DNA of 64,000 bases from Mobula hypostoma (taxonomy: Eukaryota): the NCBI RefSeq assembly GCF_963921235.1, contig NC_086097.1:201254001-201318000 (forward strand), read 5' to 3'. Every line of letters starts with the position of its first letter. The first letter of the stretch is position 1. Below are positions 49,537 to 62,600 of the stretch, in pieces. Below the pieces are notes generated by a model that ran no database searches, was not told the DNA's origin, and worked only from the letters and a program-made list of their open reading frames with translations. The position numbers were made by a program, and so were the translations under genes.

Positions 49537-51620
49537 TGTGTTGCCCTTATGGTATTTATTTGACTTTGTTGGGTCTACGTTTTAAATTACTTGTTTGTAA
49601 TTATTTTCTAGTTAAAGTTAAAGGTGGATAATTAAGTTACAGTATAACAAAGGTAAATCCATTGTCTATGGTATATTGTGGCATGTGATGATGTCACCTC
49701 TGGTTTCGCCGTGTCTTATGTGTAACCTCCGGTTCGGAGAAGGTGAAAAGGCAGGTGCCATGTGTGCAGCATGATCGTGAAGAGCTCCGTTTCTACCCAC
49801 AAAGAAACATTATAGAAGCAACGCTGTAAGTTTATAAGAATGTATTTGAAGTAAAAATATTAACGCGGTTTCTGTTAAGGAAGCGGCAGTTGGGGCAGCG
49901 CACGTGCCGGCTTTTCAATTTCAAACGTGAAGTCGGCTCGAGCCTGATGGCAGTTTGATGCGGCCCCCTCGCCCGCTACTCGGGGCGGCTGGAGACACTC
50001 GCTAAAAGAAGAGAACGTAGGTGGTCTCCAGAATGAAACAGACGCTGTATATGTTTGTACTTTTTTATCAACAGTTTTCACCATACGATGTTAATGTGGA
50101 AGAGTGAACAGTAAATGGTTAACCTTACTATGACTCTGTCTTCATTGGGTCCAGTTTAACTTGGTGTTTAGTCAGAGTTTCAACACACTGCACGAAAACA
50201 CTACAGTGAAAAGGCGTAATCGTTAGATGTTTTGACAAGTGGTACGATGGCTTCGTGATCAAGCATCAAGTTGCTTGCACCCAGCACCAAGAGCAGTAGG
50301 ACGTCGACAAGTGTGGCTGCCCTCACAAGAGCTAAAGCAGAAGCTGCCAAGGTGCGAGCGTCATATGCTAACCAAGTAGCAAAACTGAAAATGGAAAGAG
50401 CTGCTGGAGAAGCGGAAAACCAGTTGGAAAAGGCAAGGATAGGTACAGAGTTAGAAGTGCCGACGCTACAACGAGAAGCTGATGCGGCCGCGGTAGAAGC
50501 ACAAGTGTTGGAAAACGCTGAAGAAATGCACGTTCTAGATGAAACAGGAAAATCTATGTCAGAAAGGGCCAAATTGGAATGCACCAGCGAATATGTCCAA
50601 TCTCAAAATGACCTGCAGATTCATCCTCCCTCTCCATACTTGCCTGTTGGTGTCCCATCTCATGTGAAATCACAGGGAAGCTTCGTTGCATCACGCCCAC
50701 CTGGGGAAGACAACTCACAATTGCAACCTTGCCACAAAGTCAATTATGAAATGGCTGACTACGAATACTTCCGGACACCAAACTTACCAGATCCGACGAG
50801 ATCAGAGACAAAGGCTGAAGTCAGAAGATCAAATCCCATCATGAACGTACACGTTCAGTCATATGTTCCCCAACATATTCCCCCAGCTAGCACGCCACCT
50901 GCAGCAGAACACTTGGCACAGTATTTAGTGCGACGAGACTTCGTCAATTCAGGACTGTACCAGTTTGACAATAAGCCTGAAATTTACCGTGCGTGATACT
51001 CCTCAGTGCCACTGCTGGAGTCCGATGGAGTCCAGCTCACAGCAATCCAAGAATTGGACCTTATGACTAAATGGCTGGGAAAGGAATCAAGTGAACAGGT
51101 GAAACGCATACGCTCAGTGTACGTCAGCAACCTCAAGCTAGCCTTACACAAAGCATGGGAGAGACCGTGGGACTGCTATGCGGCCCCTGAAATTATTGAG
51201 AGGGCGCTATTTCAACGGCTGGACAATTTTCCTCGGGTGTCAGCCAAAGACCACACTAAATTACGAGAACTCGGAGATTTACTCATGGAGATTCAAGGTG
51301 CCAAAGAAGACGGCTATTTAATTGGCCCGTCATATCTGGATACTTCACGCGGAGTTGGACCAATTGTGGACAAGCTTCCATTTGGGCTGCAGGAGAGATG
51401 GGTGTCTATGGCTCAGAGTACAAGGAAGAGAACGGTGGTCGATTTCCTCCCTTTGAGTATTTTAGTAGGATTGTGTGCAAGGAGGCAAAGAGGCGAAACG
51501 ACCCGAGCTTCATGAATCAAGGCAGCACCATAACTCACACCAAGCCAGTCAAACCCATTTTGAACAATTTTGTCATCAATAAACCCGTCTCAGTGCATAA
51601 AACTGAAGTCAACAATGGTG
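49537..51620 (+). mobile_element. BEL/Pao LTR retrotransposon: 5' LTR plus disrupted gag, 3'-truncated
   Basis: Putative LTR TG...CA at 49537-50205 followed by gtgaaaag; gag-like ORFs follow; no pol or second LTR seen. Confidence 0.7.
50271..51620 (+). pseudogene. BEL/Pao gag (DUF1759-like region)
   Basis: AKAEAAKVRA coiled coil, FDNKPEIYRA*, ELDLMTKWLG.ESSEQV, LRELGDLL.EI, IVDKLP..LQERW, FPPFEYF; stop at 50996 and later frameshifts. Confidence 0.75.
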
Positions 51621-51784
51621 ATTCTATTGAATCTTAAAAGGCAGGTTGCTGGACATTTTGTTGTTGGACCTGGTTATTGCCTAGCACTTTCATGGCACAT
51701 TGTTCTAAACTTCACAGTTAGAGTTACATCCACTCTCAGAAACCATGCTTCAGGATTCTTAACAACTGTCACTGTATACACGTA

Positions 51785-52292
51785 GACAACCACTGAGCAC
51801 ATCGACATGAAACACTGTCACAGCAAAGCAGCATCTATCATCAGGGACCCCCACTAACAAGGACATGCTCTCTTCTCATTGTTGCCATCAGGAAGAAGGT
51901 ACAGGAGCCTCAGTACTCATACCACCAAGTTCAGGAACAGTTACTACCTTTCAACCATGAGGCTTTTAAACCAAAGGGAATAATTTCACTCATCTTCACT
52001 TACCCCATCAGTGAAATGTTTCCACAACCTAAGGACTCACTTTCAAGGACTCTTCAGTTCATGTTCTTGATATTTATTTATTTATTCATTCATTCATTCA
52101 TTCATTCATGTATTTGCACACCTTTGTTGTCTTCTGCACTCCGGTTAAACACCCTTAGGCAGTCTTTCACTGATTCTGCTTTGGTTATTACTCCATAGAT
52201 TTATTGAGCACACCCACAAGAAAATAAATCTCAGGGTTGTATATGGTGACATACATGCAATTTGATAATAAAATTTACTTTGAACTTTGAAC
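51785..52292 (+). mobile_element. Rex1/Babar 3' fragment
   Basis: HALFSLLPSGRRYRSL-type end; aataaaatttactttgaactttgaa tail. Confidence 0.75.
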
Positions 52293-52579
52293 GTGTGCCA
52301 CATGACATTTTATTGTTTTTAGAATTCGGGAAAATTCATGGATGAAGACAGTGAAACCAGGGGATCTATTATTTTAGGCAAATGTTATGTTATACATTCG
52401 CTTCAAGAAGGAACATTTGGCTGTAGTGCAAGGCTTCCAAAAGTACAATTAACAAAGGTCATCATACTCTTAAAAACACCACCACACCAATTTCCTTTCT
52501 TCAAAAAGGAGGGTGTTTTTCATGCTTTGGAAGTTTATGCAAGTTCCTCTGCCCCCCTCTACTCTCCTCCCATGAATGC

Positions 52580-53350
52580 AGTCATACAACAAAGAAGCAG
52601 GTCATTTAGCACAACGTGTCCATGCTAAAAAGGGGGCACCCATCCATTTTAATCCCATCCTCCAAAACTCGGCCTGTAGATTTCTGTCTAAACAATTAAA
52701 GTACTCATTTTGAAACTTATTAACTGTTGTCACTAACTCTGCTTTTCCCAGTCTCTTGGGTAGTGCTTTCCAGATATTCACAACTATGTGAAAAGGGTCC
52801 CTCTGATGCCTCTTAAATCTCTTACCCTGTTGTATTTGCCCCTGACAAGGGGAAGTTTTCCTGCAGTCTACTCTACCTTTGTACTTCATAAATTTATATA
52901 CCTTAATATATTTCCCCTTAAACTCCTCTAGTCTAGGGAAGCAGGTCTATTCTGTCTACCTTCTCCTCATAAATAAATCACTGCGCCCAAACCAAAATCT
53001 TGGTGAATGTCCTCTCCACCCTTTTCGGCACTATCACATCTTCCCTAGACTGTGGTGACCAGAATGCATGCAGTCTTCTAGTTGATGTCTGGCTAATGTT
53101 TTAAAGTTGAACCAAAACCTCCTTGCTGGTGTATTCAATGCCCTGACTAAAGAGGGTCAGTATCCCATATGCCTTCTAAACCATGTTATCTAGCTTCTTT
53201 GCCACCATCAAGGATCGTTAGACATGCATGCCAAGGTCCCATTGTTCTTCAGTACTCCCTTGGCCTTTACTATTCATGGTGTATGTCTCAGCCTCCTCCA
53301 CATCCCCTAAGCATATTCATATCATATCTATCTGCCATATTTCAGCCTAT
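52580..53350 (-). mobile_element. Decayed CR1 3' fragment
   Basis: VVNIWKALP remnant in ORF 52602-52889; ggtgaccagaatgcatgcag. Confidence 0.6.
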
Positions 53351-53369
53351 TTAACCAACACAATATATT

Positions 53370-54246
53370 ATCGTGTATTGCATTGTGCTGTTAAAGCTAA
53401 GCTAGCAAATTTCACAACACATGCCAGTGATAATAAACCGGATTCTAATTCTGATTCAGTAATCAAGAGCTGATTATTAACTACAGGAGGAAGATGCTAG
53501 AGGTCCATAAGTCAGTCCTCATTAGAGGATTAGAGGTGGAGAGGGTTGGTAACTTTAAATTCCTTGACATTATCGTATCAGAGAAGCTAACCTGGGTCCA
53601 GTGCGTAAGCCATTACAAAAAAGGCAAGACAATGTAGATTTGGCATGTTATTTAAAATTCTGACAAACGTCTATAGATGCACGGTGGAGAGCAACCTGGC
53701 TAATTGTATCACCAATACTCCGGAATGAAAAAGTTGACAAGTGGTGGATATAGCCCAGTCCATCACAGGTAATGTCCTTCCTACCATAGTGCACATTTAA
53801 CAAGGATTTGCCACATGAAAGGCACATCCATCATCAAGGATTCCCATAACCTAGGCCATGCTCTCTTCTTGCTTCTACCATCAGACCGGAGGCACCGGAG
53901 CCTTAGGTCCCACACCAGCAGGTTCAGGAACAGTTATTGCCCTTCAACCATCAGGCTCCTGAACCAACAGAAATAATTCACTCACCTCAGTGCTGAACTG
54001 ACTCCAAAAGCTTTAGACACTTTCAAGGACTCTACAATTATGTATAAATTAGTTTTTTAGTATTTATTATTTGCACGATTTGTCCTCTTGCATATTGGAT
54101 GTTTATCAGTCTTTGTTAAGTGTAGTTTTTCATAAATTCTATTATATTTCTTTATTTTCCTGTAAATGTCTACAAGAAAATTAATCTCAAGGTATTATAT
54201 GGTGACATATACATACGTTGATACTAAATTTCCTTTGAACTTTGAA
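53370..54246 (+). mobile_element. Rex1/Babar fragments (short tail 53370-53458, longer copy 53460-54246)
   Basis: gtgataataaaccggattctaattctgattc tail; VERV.NFKFL remnant; tttgaactttgaa tail. Confidence 0.7.
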
Positions 54247-54784
54247 TATCAATATCACCCTATATCCTAAGACTACCCTTCATACTGCTAACAACACTAT
54301 TAATTTTTGCCATTCATGGCCTGCAAATACTCTCCGCTAGCTGAGATGGTGGTTATGATGTGATTCTTCAAAGGCTACCTCATGACATCAGGGCTGTGAG
54401 AAAAGTAGTGTCCAATGTGAGAAATTCAACCTAAAACATGCACTGTTTATGAAAAGGAGTAAGCTTTACACAGGGGTGGTCCGTTATGCTGTATTAATGA
54501 ATCTGGCGCTAATAATTTCTGTTTTTTAAAAAAGAACATTTTTGAGATTGCCGATGCCAAAGTTATTTTGAAAAAATGGTGCAAACAAACTCATAGACCA
54601 TTATATTTTGGGATATTCATCGGAAGAAATTAATCCACAGACATAAAATTAGTTCTTTTATGCCCAGCTAATTTTCCAAGAAGTAATTATAGCTTAGTAC
54701 TCAATTAAAAACTCATTTAGATTTGATGCAATAAAGCAAAACATTTTCAGGGTATTTTACTGCACCACTCGTCCGTACATACAA

Positions 54785-55500
54785 ACATACCATTATGAGT
54801 AGGTGTGGACCACTCAACACTTTGAGCCTGCTTCAGCAGCTAATAAGATCGTGATCAATCTGGCTGCTATTGGAAATACATCTATCTATGATAAACCATC
54901 TCATGATTTATCAAGAGCCTATCTAGCTCTGCTTTAAAAAATATGCAATGACTCTGCTTCCACCACTCTTTGAGAAAGTTTCAAAGGTTCAAAACTCAAT
55001 GATAGAAAAAAACTGTCTCATTTCTATCTTAAATGGGCAACTCCTTGTTTTTAAAAAACTGATCATCAGTTCTATATTCTTCACACGGCAAGAAATATGC
55101 ATTCCACACCCACCTTAATAAGGCCCCTTAGGATCTTACATGCTTCATTCATTTCTCCTCTCACTTTTCTAAGCATCAGTATTTACAAACCTTCACTGTC
55201 CAACCTTAGTCAATAAAGTATGACTATGACTATGACTATGACTTTCATTGGAAGACACTTTGCCCATTCCAAATGCAATTTATCTAAACTTTCTGTGGAT
55301 TGCTTCCTTTGCATGAACAAGGCAACCAATATTGAACACAATAGGTAGTCTCACCAATGTCCTATAAATTTAAGCATAACTCCCCTCGTTTGAAAGCCAT
55401 GAATAACAACATTCTGTTAGAATTAATCATTTTTGTATACTTTTAAAAAATCAATCATTAAAACTCTGCTTCTCAGAGTTCTGCAATCTCTCGTCATTTA
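54785..55500 (-). mobile_element. Decayed CR1 3' fragment
   Basis: Antisense CR1 3' UTR (gagcctgcttcagcagctaataagatcgtgatc) and ORF2 end. Confidence 0.55.
55210..55243 (+). repeat. Isolated LINE tail: tcaataaag plus (TATGAC)4
   Basis: 34 nt identical to 526-559. Confidence 0.85.
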
Positions 55501-55799
55501 GATAGTATCATTCATATTCATTTTTCTTGGATTTGTACATTGTATAAATTGTTGAAGAAAACTGTTATTGATGCATTGTGCCCCAATAAATTGCTTGCAG
55601 TTAAAATTATAGCAATATACAAAGAGTAACCAGCCCATGAATTGTTACTCGGAATACTACTGTGATATAATGTTCTGAAGCACTGGGAACACCAATAAAA
55701 TGTTAACATAAATCCAACAACATTATTTACCCCACAGTGCATTACAATCAAAAATTATAAATGACAATTATATGTTTTTATAGAACAGTAGAATAACTG

Positions 55800-56075
55800 T
55801 GACTATGGCTCATGTACAGTATATTTCAGTTATGAGGAGATATGGGCAAAAATGGAAAGATCATAAGAAACTTTTCTCTGTAATGGAGACAGAGACCAAT
55901 GAATATAGGTTTAAGATAGGGATTAAGAGGGTTAAAAGGATCTGTAGAAAACACTTGAGTTACATTCTGGAACACATGAACTGAAAAGCTTGTAGGGGAA
56001 GAATCTTATGACATTTAAAAAGTATCTGAATGAACACCAGCATAGATGAATAGCTACCAAATGGGATTAGTACAG
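55800..56075 (+). mobile_element. Decayed CR1 3' fragment
   Basis: aggtttaagatagggattaagaggg...gacatttaaaaagtatctgaatgaacac...aaatgggattag. Confidence 0.5.
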
Positions 56076-56077
56076 AT

Positions 56078-56157
56078 CAGGGGTTTCCAACTGGGGATCT
56101 ACAGACTTCTTGCCTAATGGTATTGGTCCATGGCATAAAGGAGGTTGGGAACCATCC
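56078..56157. mobile_element. Short hAT-type MITE (about 80 bp)
   Basis: CAGGGGTTTCCAAC...GGTTGGGAACC imperfect TIRs; second copy at 18908. Confidence 0.65.
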
Positions 56158-56162
56158 ATAGA

Positions 56163-56265
56163 AATTCAAGATTCAAGATTCAAGATTCAAAAAACTTTAT
56201 TGTCATTCTAACCGTACATCAGCTCTGCAGGGCAGAATGAAACAGCGTTTCCCAGGAGCAGTGCT
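56163..56265 (-). mobile_element. Very short LINE 3' end with (TCTTGAA)n tail
   Basis: (ttcaaga)n followed by actttattgtca (minus strand tgacaataaagt). Confidence 0.65.
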
Positions 56266-56630
56266 AATTGCATCACCGAACTTTGAAAACTGGAGTCAAG
56301 GCCTCCCTCTGCAATTGGATTCCTTAATTTCCCGAGTGCAATCAGTAAGGATATCTAGCAACACGTTCACTATGAATATTTTAAAAACTGGTGCTCCACA
56401 AGTTTGTGTCCTCAGCCCATGATACACTCACAAATATGTAGCCAGATTCTGCTCTAACTCCATCCACCAAATTTGCAGATGATAACGCTGTGGTGGACTG
56501 TATCTCAAATAATGATAAGTAGGAGAGAGAGCTTAGAGACACGGTGGCATGACAACAACCTTTCTCTCAATATCAACAAAACGAAAAAGCTGGTCATTGA
56601 CTTCAGAAATGGGAGGTGGTGTGTGGTGTA
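56266..56630 (+). mobile_element. Rex1/Babar RT fragment
   Basis: TGAPQVCVLSP; KFADD at about 56468; NKTKKLVIDFR. Confidence 0.7.
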
Positions 56631-56635
56631 TATCA

Positions 56636-57450
56636 AAGTTCAAAGTAAACGTATTATTAAAGTATATACCCTGCACATGCAAACCAGAAATTTGTTTTCT
56701 TGTGGCATACACAATAATCTAAAAACCATAATAGAATCAATGGAGGATCACACTCAATATGGCAGACAACCAGTGTGCAAAAGACAACAAACGGTGCAAA
56801 TACAAAATAAATAAGCAATAAATATGGAGAACATGAGGTGCAGAGTCCTTGAAAGTGAACCCATAGATTGTGAGAACTGTTCAGTGATGGGGTTAGTGAT
56901 TTTGAGTGATATTCTGCCCTCTGGTTCAAGAGGCTGATGGTGGAGGGGTAGTAACTGCTCCTGGTGTGAGTCTTGAGGCTTCTGTATCTTCTTCCTGATG
57001 GCAGCATTGAGAAGAGATCGTAACCTGGGTGGTGGGGGTTCCTGATGATAGATGCTGCTTTCCTGCGACAATGCTCTATATGGATGTGCTTAATGGTGAG
57101 AGTGCTTTCCCTGTGATGGACTGGACCGTATTCACTGGCTTTTACAGGATTTTTCATTCAAGGGCATTGGTGTTTCCATACCAGACTGTGATGCAGCCAG
57201 TGAATATACTCTCCACTACACATCTATAGAAGTTTGTCAAAGTTTTAGATGTCATGCTGAATCTTCACAAACTTCTAAGGAAGTAGAGGCTTTGCTGTGC
57301 TTTCTTCATAATAGCACTTACAGTACATGCTGGCCTTAGGGCATATCCTCAAAAGTGATAACACCAAGGAATTTAAAGTTGCTGACCCTCTCCACTTCTG
57401 ATACCCTGATGAGGACTTGCTCATGGACTTCTTACTTCCTCCTCCTGCAG
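56636..57450 (-). mobile_element. Rex1/Babar 3' fragment
   Basis: ORF 56657-57157 (KAASIIRNPHHPG..LFSMLPSGRRYRSL); (TTTGAAC) tail. Confidence 0.8.
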
Positions 57451-57509
57451 TGCACCACAGATTCACTAACCCCTAATCCTAACAACATTCCTCAGTGGAA
57501 AGCTCCCGT

Positions 57510-58412
57510 ATCAACTGTGGAGAAATCAAAGGTGGTGATGAATCAGCATATAGGAGGGAGATTGATTTTCTGACTGAGTGGTGTCACAACAACAACTTCT
57601 TACTCAATATCAAAGAGACCGAGAAGCTGATTATTGACTTCAGGAAAAGGGGAACAGAGGTTCATGAGCTAGTCCTCATCGGAGGATCAAAGGTGGAAGT
57701 GGTTAACAACTTTAAATTCCTAGGTATTAACATTTCAGAGGAACTATTCTGGGCTCGGCACATAAGTGCAATTATGAAGAAAGCATGGCAGTAGCTCTTC
57801 TTCCTCGAAAGTTTGTGAAGATTCGGCATGACATCTAAAACTCTGACAAACTTCTATTTATGTGTGGTGGAGAGCTTATTGTCACCAAAAGTAATTGATA
57901 TGGCCCAGTCCATCACAGAGAAAGCCTTCCCACCACGAAGCACATCTACATTGAGTATTGTTCGCAGGAAAGGAGCATCTATCATCAGGAAACCTACCAC
58001 ACAAGTCATGCTCTCTTCTCACTGCTGCCTTCAGGAAGAAGGTACATCCCCAGGCCTCACACCATAAGGTTCAGGAACATTTATTACGCCCCAACCATCA
58101 GCTCTTGAACCAGAGGAGATAACGTCATTCAACCTCACTTGACCCCTCAATGAACTGTTCTCACAACATATGGACTCACTTTCAAGGACTGTTCATCTTT
58201 TGTTCTCAATATCTGTTGCTTATATATTTATTATTATTTTTCTTTTGTATTTGCATAGTTTGCTGTCTTCTGTACACTGAGCATGGTCTTTCATTGATTC
58301 TATTACGGTTGTTATTCTATTATGGATTTATTGAGTAGCCTGCTAGAAAATGAATCTCAGTGTTGTATCTGGTGACATATGTGTACTTCAACAATAAGTT
58401 TACTTTGAACCT
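57510..58412 (+). mobile_element. Rex1/Babar 3' fragment
   Basis: ORF 57495-57794 (GGDESAYRREI..LTEWC.NN, FKFLG); aataagtttactttgaac tail. Confidence 0.8.
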
Positions 58413-58589
58413 TGGAAAGTCTCCATTAAACTGAACATCCAAGCAGCCCCTGCCCGTAATCAACAGGTTAATGAAAGTGTGGGCCATTCCAAAGTGGCAG
58501 GGTCTAGTGACACTGAATCATCAGTAAACAACATCAACAAACAGAAAAAGGATAATTTTTTCATTGTCCACGTAACTACGCAGTGCGTA

Positions 58590-59305
58590 TTTGCTCCTGT
58601 CTACAACAATAGTGTTGAGGTTAAGAGCTCAGTTCCTTAGAATGAACATCACCAATGGCTTGTCCTGCTCCAACTACTTTGATGTCATGGCCAAGAAAGC
58701 TCACTGACACTTCTACTTCCTCAGGACACTAACAAAATTTGGCATGTCCCAATCAACCCTTATCAATTTTTATTGATGCACATAGAAAGCAAACTATCTG
58801 GATGTATAATGGCTTGGTAAGACATTGGTACGGCAATTGCTCTGCACATGACTGCAAGAAACTGCAGAGAATTGTGGATACAGCTCAGCACATCAGGGAA
58901 ACTAGCATCTGCTCTATGGACTCTGCCTATACTTCTCACAGACTTAATGAAGCAGTCAGCCTACTCACCCCAGACATTTCCTCTTCTTTGCTCTCCCATC
59001 TGGCTGAAAACACATACCTCCAGCCTCAAGGACACCTTCTATGCCACTGCAATAAGATCACTAAATGGTTCGCTAGTAGGATAGGATGGACTCTTAACTT
59101 CACAATCTACCTCAAAATAATCATATATTTTATAACTTACATGCACAGCACTTCCTCTGGAGTTGTTACACTTTATTCTGCATGTTATTGTTTTACCTCA
59201 TTTTAGCTCAATGCACTGTGTAATGATTTGATGTGTATGAACAGTATGCAAGACAAGTTTTTCCACTGTATCTCAGTATATGTGACAATAATGAATCAAT
59301 ACCAA
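58590..59305 (+). mobile_element. Decayed Rex1/Babar 3' fragment
   Basis: WYGNCSAHDCKKLQRIVDTAQHI in ORF 58739-59206; tgacaataa tail. Confidence 0.7.
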
Positions 59306-59637
59306 TATGACTAAGTAACAATTGTGATGAGAATTATAGAAGTGAGATAGAGAACAATCTTAACACTAGTTTTCAGCAGGATAAGGATAGATCTAATTCT
59401 AAATTTTGTTTTTCCAAGATGCCAGGTTACCTGGTAGATTTTGAATGTTAGTTCTCCTATTAAATGAATTAAAATATATTTTATATGTACCGAAAATCAA
59501 CAATCATTTTTTGAGATAAGGACACTAATATAATATAAATGATTTTAACAGTTTATCCATGAACTGTGTATAGGTACAGGGAGATCCCAATCTTTCAAGC
59601 ATCCATTTTATAAAATTTCCAGTTTGCACATTGTGAC

Positions 59638-62600
59638 AGTCATAGAGTCATAGAAAACAACAACACAAAAACAGTCCCTTCGACCTATCTAGTCCACGCC
59701 GAACTATTTAAACTGCCTGGTCCAAGACCATAGCCCTCCATATCCCTCCCAACCATATACCTATCCAAACTTCTCTTAAACATTGAAATCGAAATCATAT
59801 CCACCACTTGCACTGGCAGCTTGTTCCATACTCTCACAACCCTTTGAGTGAAGAAGGTTCCCTCATGTTCCCCTCAAACATTTCACCTTAACTCATGACC
59901 TCTAGTTTAGTCTCACATAACTTCAGTGGAAAATGCCTGCTTGCATTTACCCTATCTATACTCCTCATAATTTTGTATACTTTTATCAACTCTCCTCTAA
60001 ATCTTCAACGCTCTTGGGAATAAAGTTCTAATCTTCCCTTATAATTCAAGCCCTTGAGTCCCAGTAACATCCTTATAAATTTTCTCCGTAATCTTTTAAT
60101 CTTATTTACATCTTTTCTGTAGGTCCTTTTTTCCTTCCTTGCACCCTTAACTCCTGGTGGAGTTGTCGGGGTGCCGTCATGACAACATTGCACCAGTCTG
60201 TTCCATCTGTCGCGGTTGTGTGCCAGAGCCCGAGTCACCATAAATGTCTTTCCTGTCCATTCTTTAATGTTGTCCTCCCATTTTTTCCTCTGTCTACCTC
60301 TCCTTCTTTTCCCCTCCACAGTTCCTTGTAGAACGGTCTTTGCAAGGCCACTGGATCTTGTTATGTGGCCGTACCATCTCAGCTTTCTTTTCTTCACCGT
60401 AGTGAGAAGGTCTTCATGGGGGCCAATGTGGTGCTGGATGGTCTTGCGGACCTGTGTGTTTGTGATGTGGTCCAAGTATGAGATGCCCAAGATGTTGCGA
60501 TAGCATCTCATTTCCAATGCCTGTATCGTCCTCTGTAGCTCTGCTGTGAGGGTCCATGTCTCACATGCGTACAGGAAGATGGAGAATACCAATGCACACG
60601 GGAGTCTAATCTTGTACTTCATGGTGAGGTTGCTGTCCCTCCATATTGTCTTGAATTTGGATAGTGCAGTCATTGTCTGTGCGCTTCCTGCCAGGACTTC
60701 TGGTCTTGATCCTTCATCACTGATGATTGACCATTTGAACTGCTGCACTGTCTCAAGTTTCTGACCATGGACTGAGATGCCTGTTGTGATGGCACCATTG
60801 GCATTTGCCATGAGCTTGGTTATCTCAGCACTATGGCTGACCAGGTTGGCCAGTTCGTCCTCTTTTCCTGCAAATCCATCAATGTCATCAGCAAATCTTA
60901 GGATTGTGATGTTCCTCCCTCTGATGCTGACTGTGCCCACATGATCTTCAAGGGCAATGCTCACGATTCGTTCCAGGAAGACGATGAAGAGAGTGGGGGG
61001 AGAGGAGGCAGCCCTGACGGACTCCTACAGAGGTATGGAACCACTCCCCGATGGTGCCCTGAGCGAGTACTGCACTGGTTGCCTTGGCGTAAAGCTGATG
61101 GATTGTATGAATCAGCTTCTACCCCATGTTGAATTTCTTCATGGTGGCCCATAAGGCATCATGCCAGACTCTGTCAAATGCCTTCTTGAAGTCTATGAAG
61201 ACGTGGTAGAACTCTCTCTAGTGCCAAAGGTGTTTCTCACAAAGGGTGCGGAGGTTGAAAATCTGCTCAGTGGTGCTTCTGCCCTTACAGAAGCCTACTT
61301 GTTACTCGGCAATGATGTCTTCTGCCTGAGGTCCCAGTCTATTCAAGATGATTCTGAGCATTACCTTGCTTACATGGCTGATCAAACTGATGGTATGGTA
61401 ATTCTGGCAAAGTTAGAGATTGCCTTTCTTAGGAAGCACAATGATCAGTGACTGAGACCAAGGTGTCGGCCATTCACCTGTCTGCCAGATCTTATTGCAG
61501 ATGGCGGAAAGCATGTCTATCGTGGCCTCTCCTCCATGCTTCAGCAGTTCAGCAGGGATGTTGTCAACTCCTGCTGACTTCCGGCACTTTAGAGATCGTA
61601 TGGTGGCTTCAACTTCTTCATGCATGATTGGATAGTCATCCTCATTGGAAGATTCCTGCACATTCAGCATGCTTGGATCCCCTTTGCTCTGGTAGTTTAC
61701 AGTTTTGAACAGTACTCTGTCACCATTCCATTATTTCCTTTCCTTCTGTGAGACTTTGGCCATTTTTGCCTTGGATGGTGTTCACTTTGGCTTGTTTTTC
61801 TTTGGTAAGATCTTTCACCAGTTGGAATGCCTTCTTTGTGTTGTTGTTGGAGAGGGTTTGGCTATCCATCTTTGCTTTGCTTCTTTCATTTCCCTCTTAA
61901 TTTCCTTGTTGATTTTCCTGCATTCTGTTCTTCTCTCTGCTGTGTTTTTATCTTTCTTTAATTTCCTTCTTGTGTCACACATATCCAGTATCTTGTTAGT
62001 GACCCATGGTTTAGACTTGCGGCGGCTTTTCCCCAGAATCTTGCTTGCTGTTTCTGTCATCACTGTGTTAAAGTTATTTGTGGTGGTCTCCAAGTCTTCG
62101 TCAAAGAGGAGTATTGGTGCAAACTTCCCCCCAACTGCTGCCTGAAATTCTTCAGAGATGGAAGGGTCTTTCAGTTTTTCAAGGTCGAATCTCAGCTGGC
62201 TGTTTTTTGGCTTGTTGATTCCCCTCAAGCACGTTCTGATGTTCATCATGACAAGGTCATGGTCACTGCCCATGTCTGCTCCTGGGAATGTTCTGGTCTT
62301 TGGTCTGTTCACACCAGATTTGTGCTGCCTTTGCACCAGGACTAGTCAATCTGGTGACGTTGACCACTGGGGGCATGCCAGGTCCATCTTCGGGATGCTT
62401 TGTGTTCAACAGCACCACGTTGTTATAACTGGGAAATTCCAGCAGGCATAGTCCCCTCTCATTGGAGGTGTCATTGCATGAGGGGCCGATGAGATCCCCC
62501 CACTCATCTTGCCCGTCTCTGCCCACCTTGGCATTCCAGTCACCCTGAATGATCAAAATATCGTTTTTGTCCACTTTGTCGATGACACCTTGTAGTTTCT

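Noticed and set aside
54379..54430. Minus-strand AG...GT bounded segment as an exon
   Set aside because: Stop codons in all three frames
59431..59456. 26-nt minus-strand micro-exon candidate (aatag|...CAG|gtaacc; xELTFKIYQ) in phase with the 47943 acceptor
   Set aside because: Splice signals alone are common by chance and the peptide does not resemble the expected upstream CCDC178 sequence; needs RNA-seq
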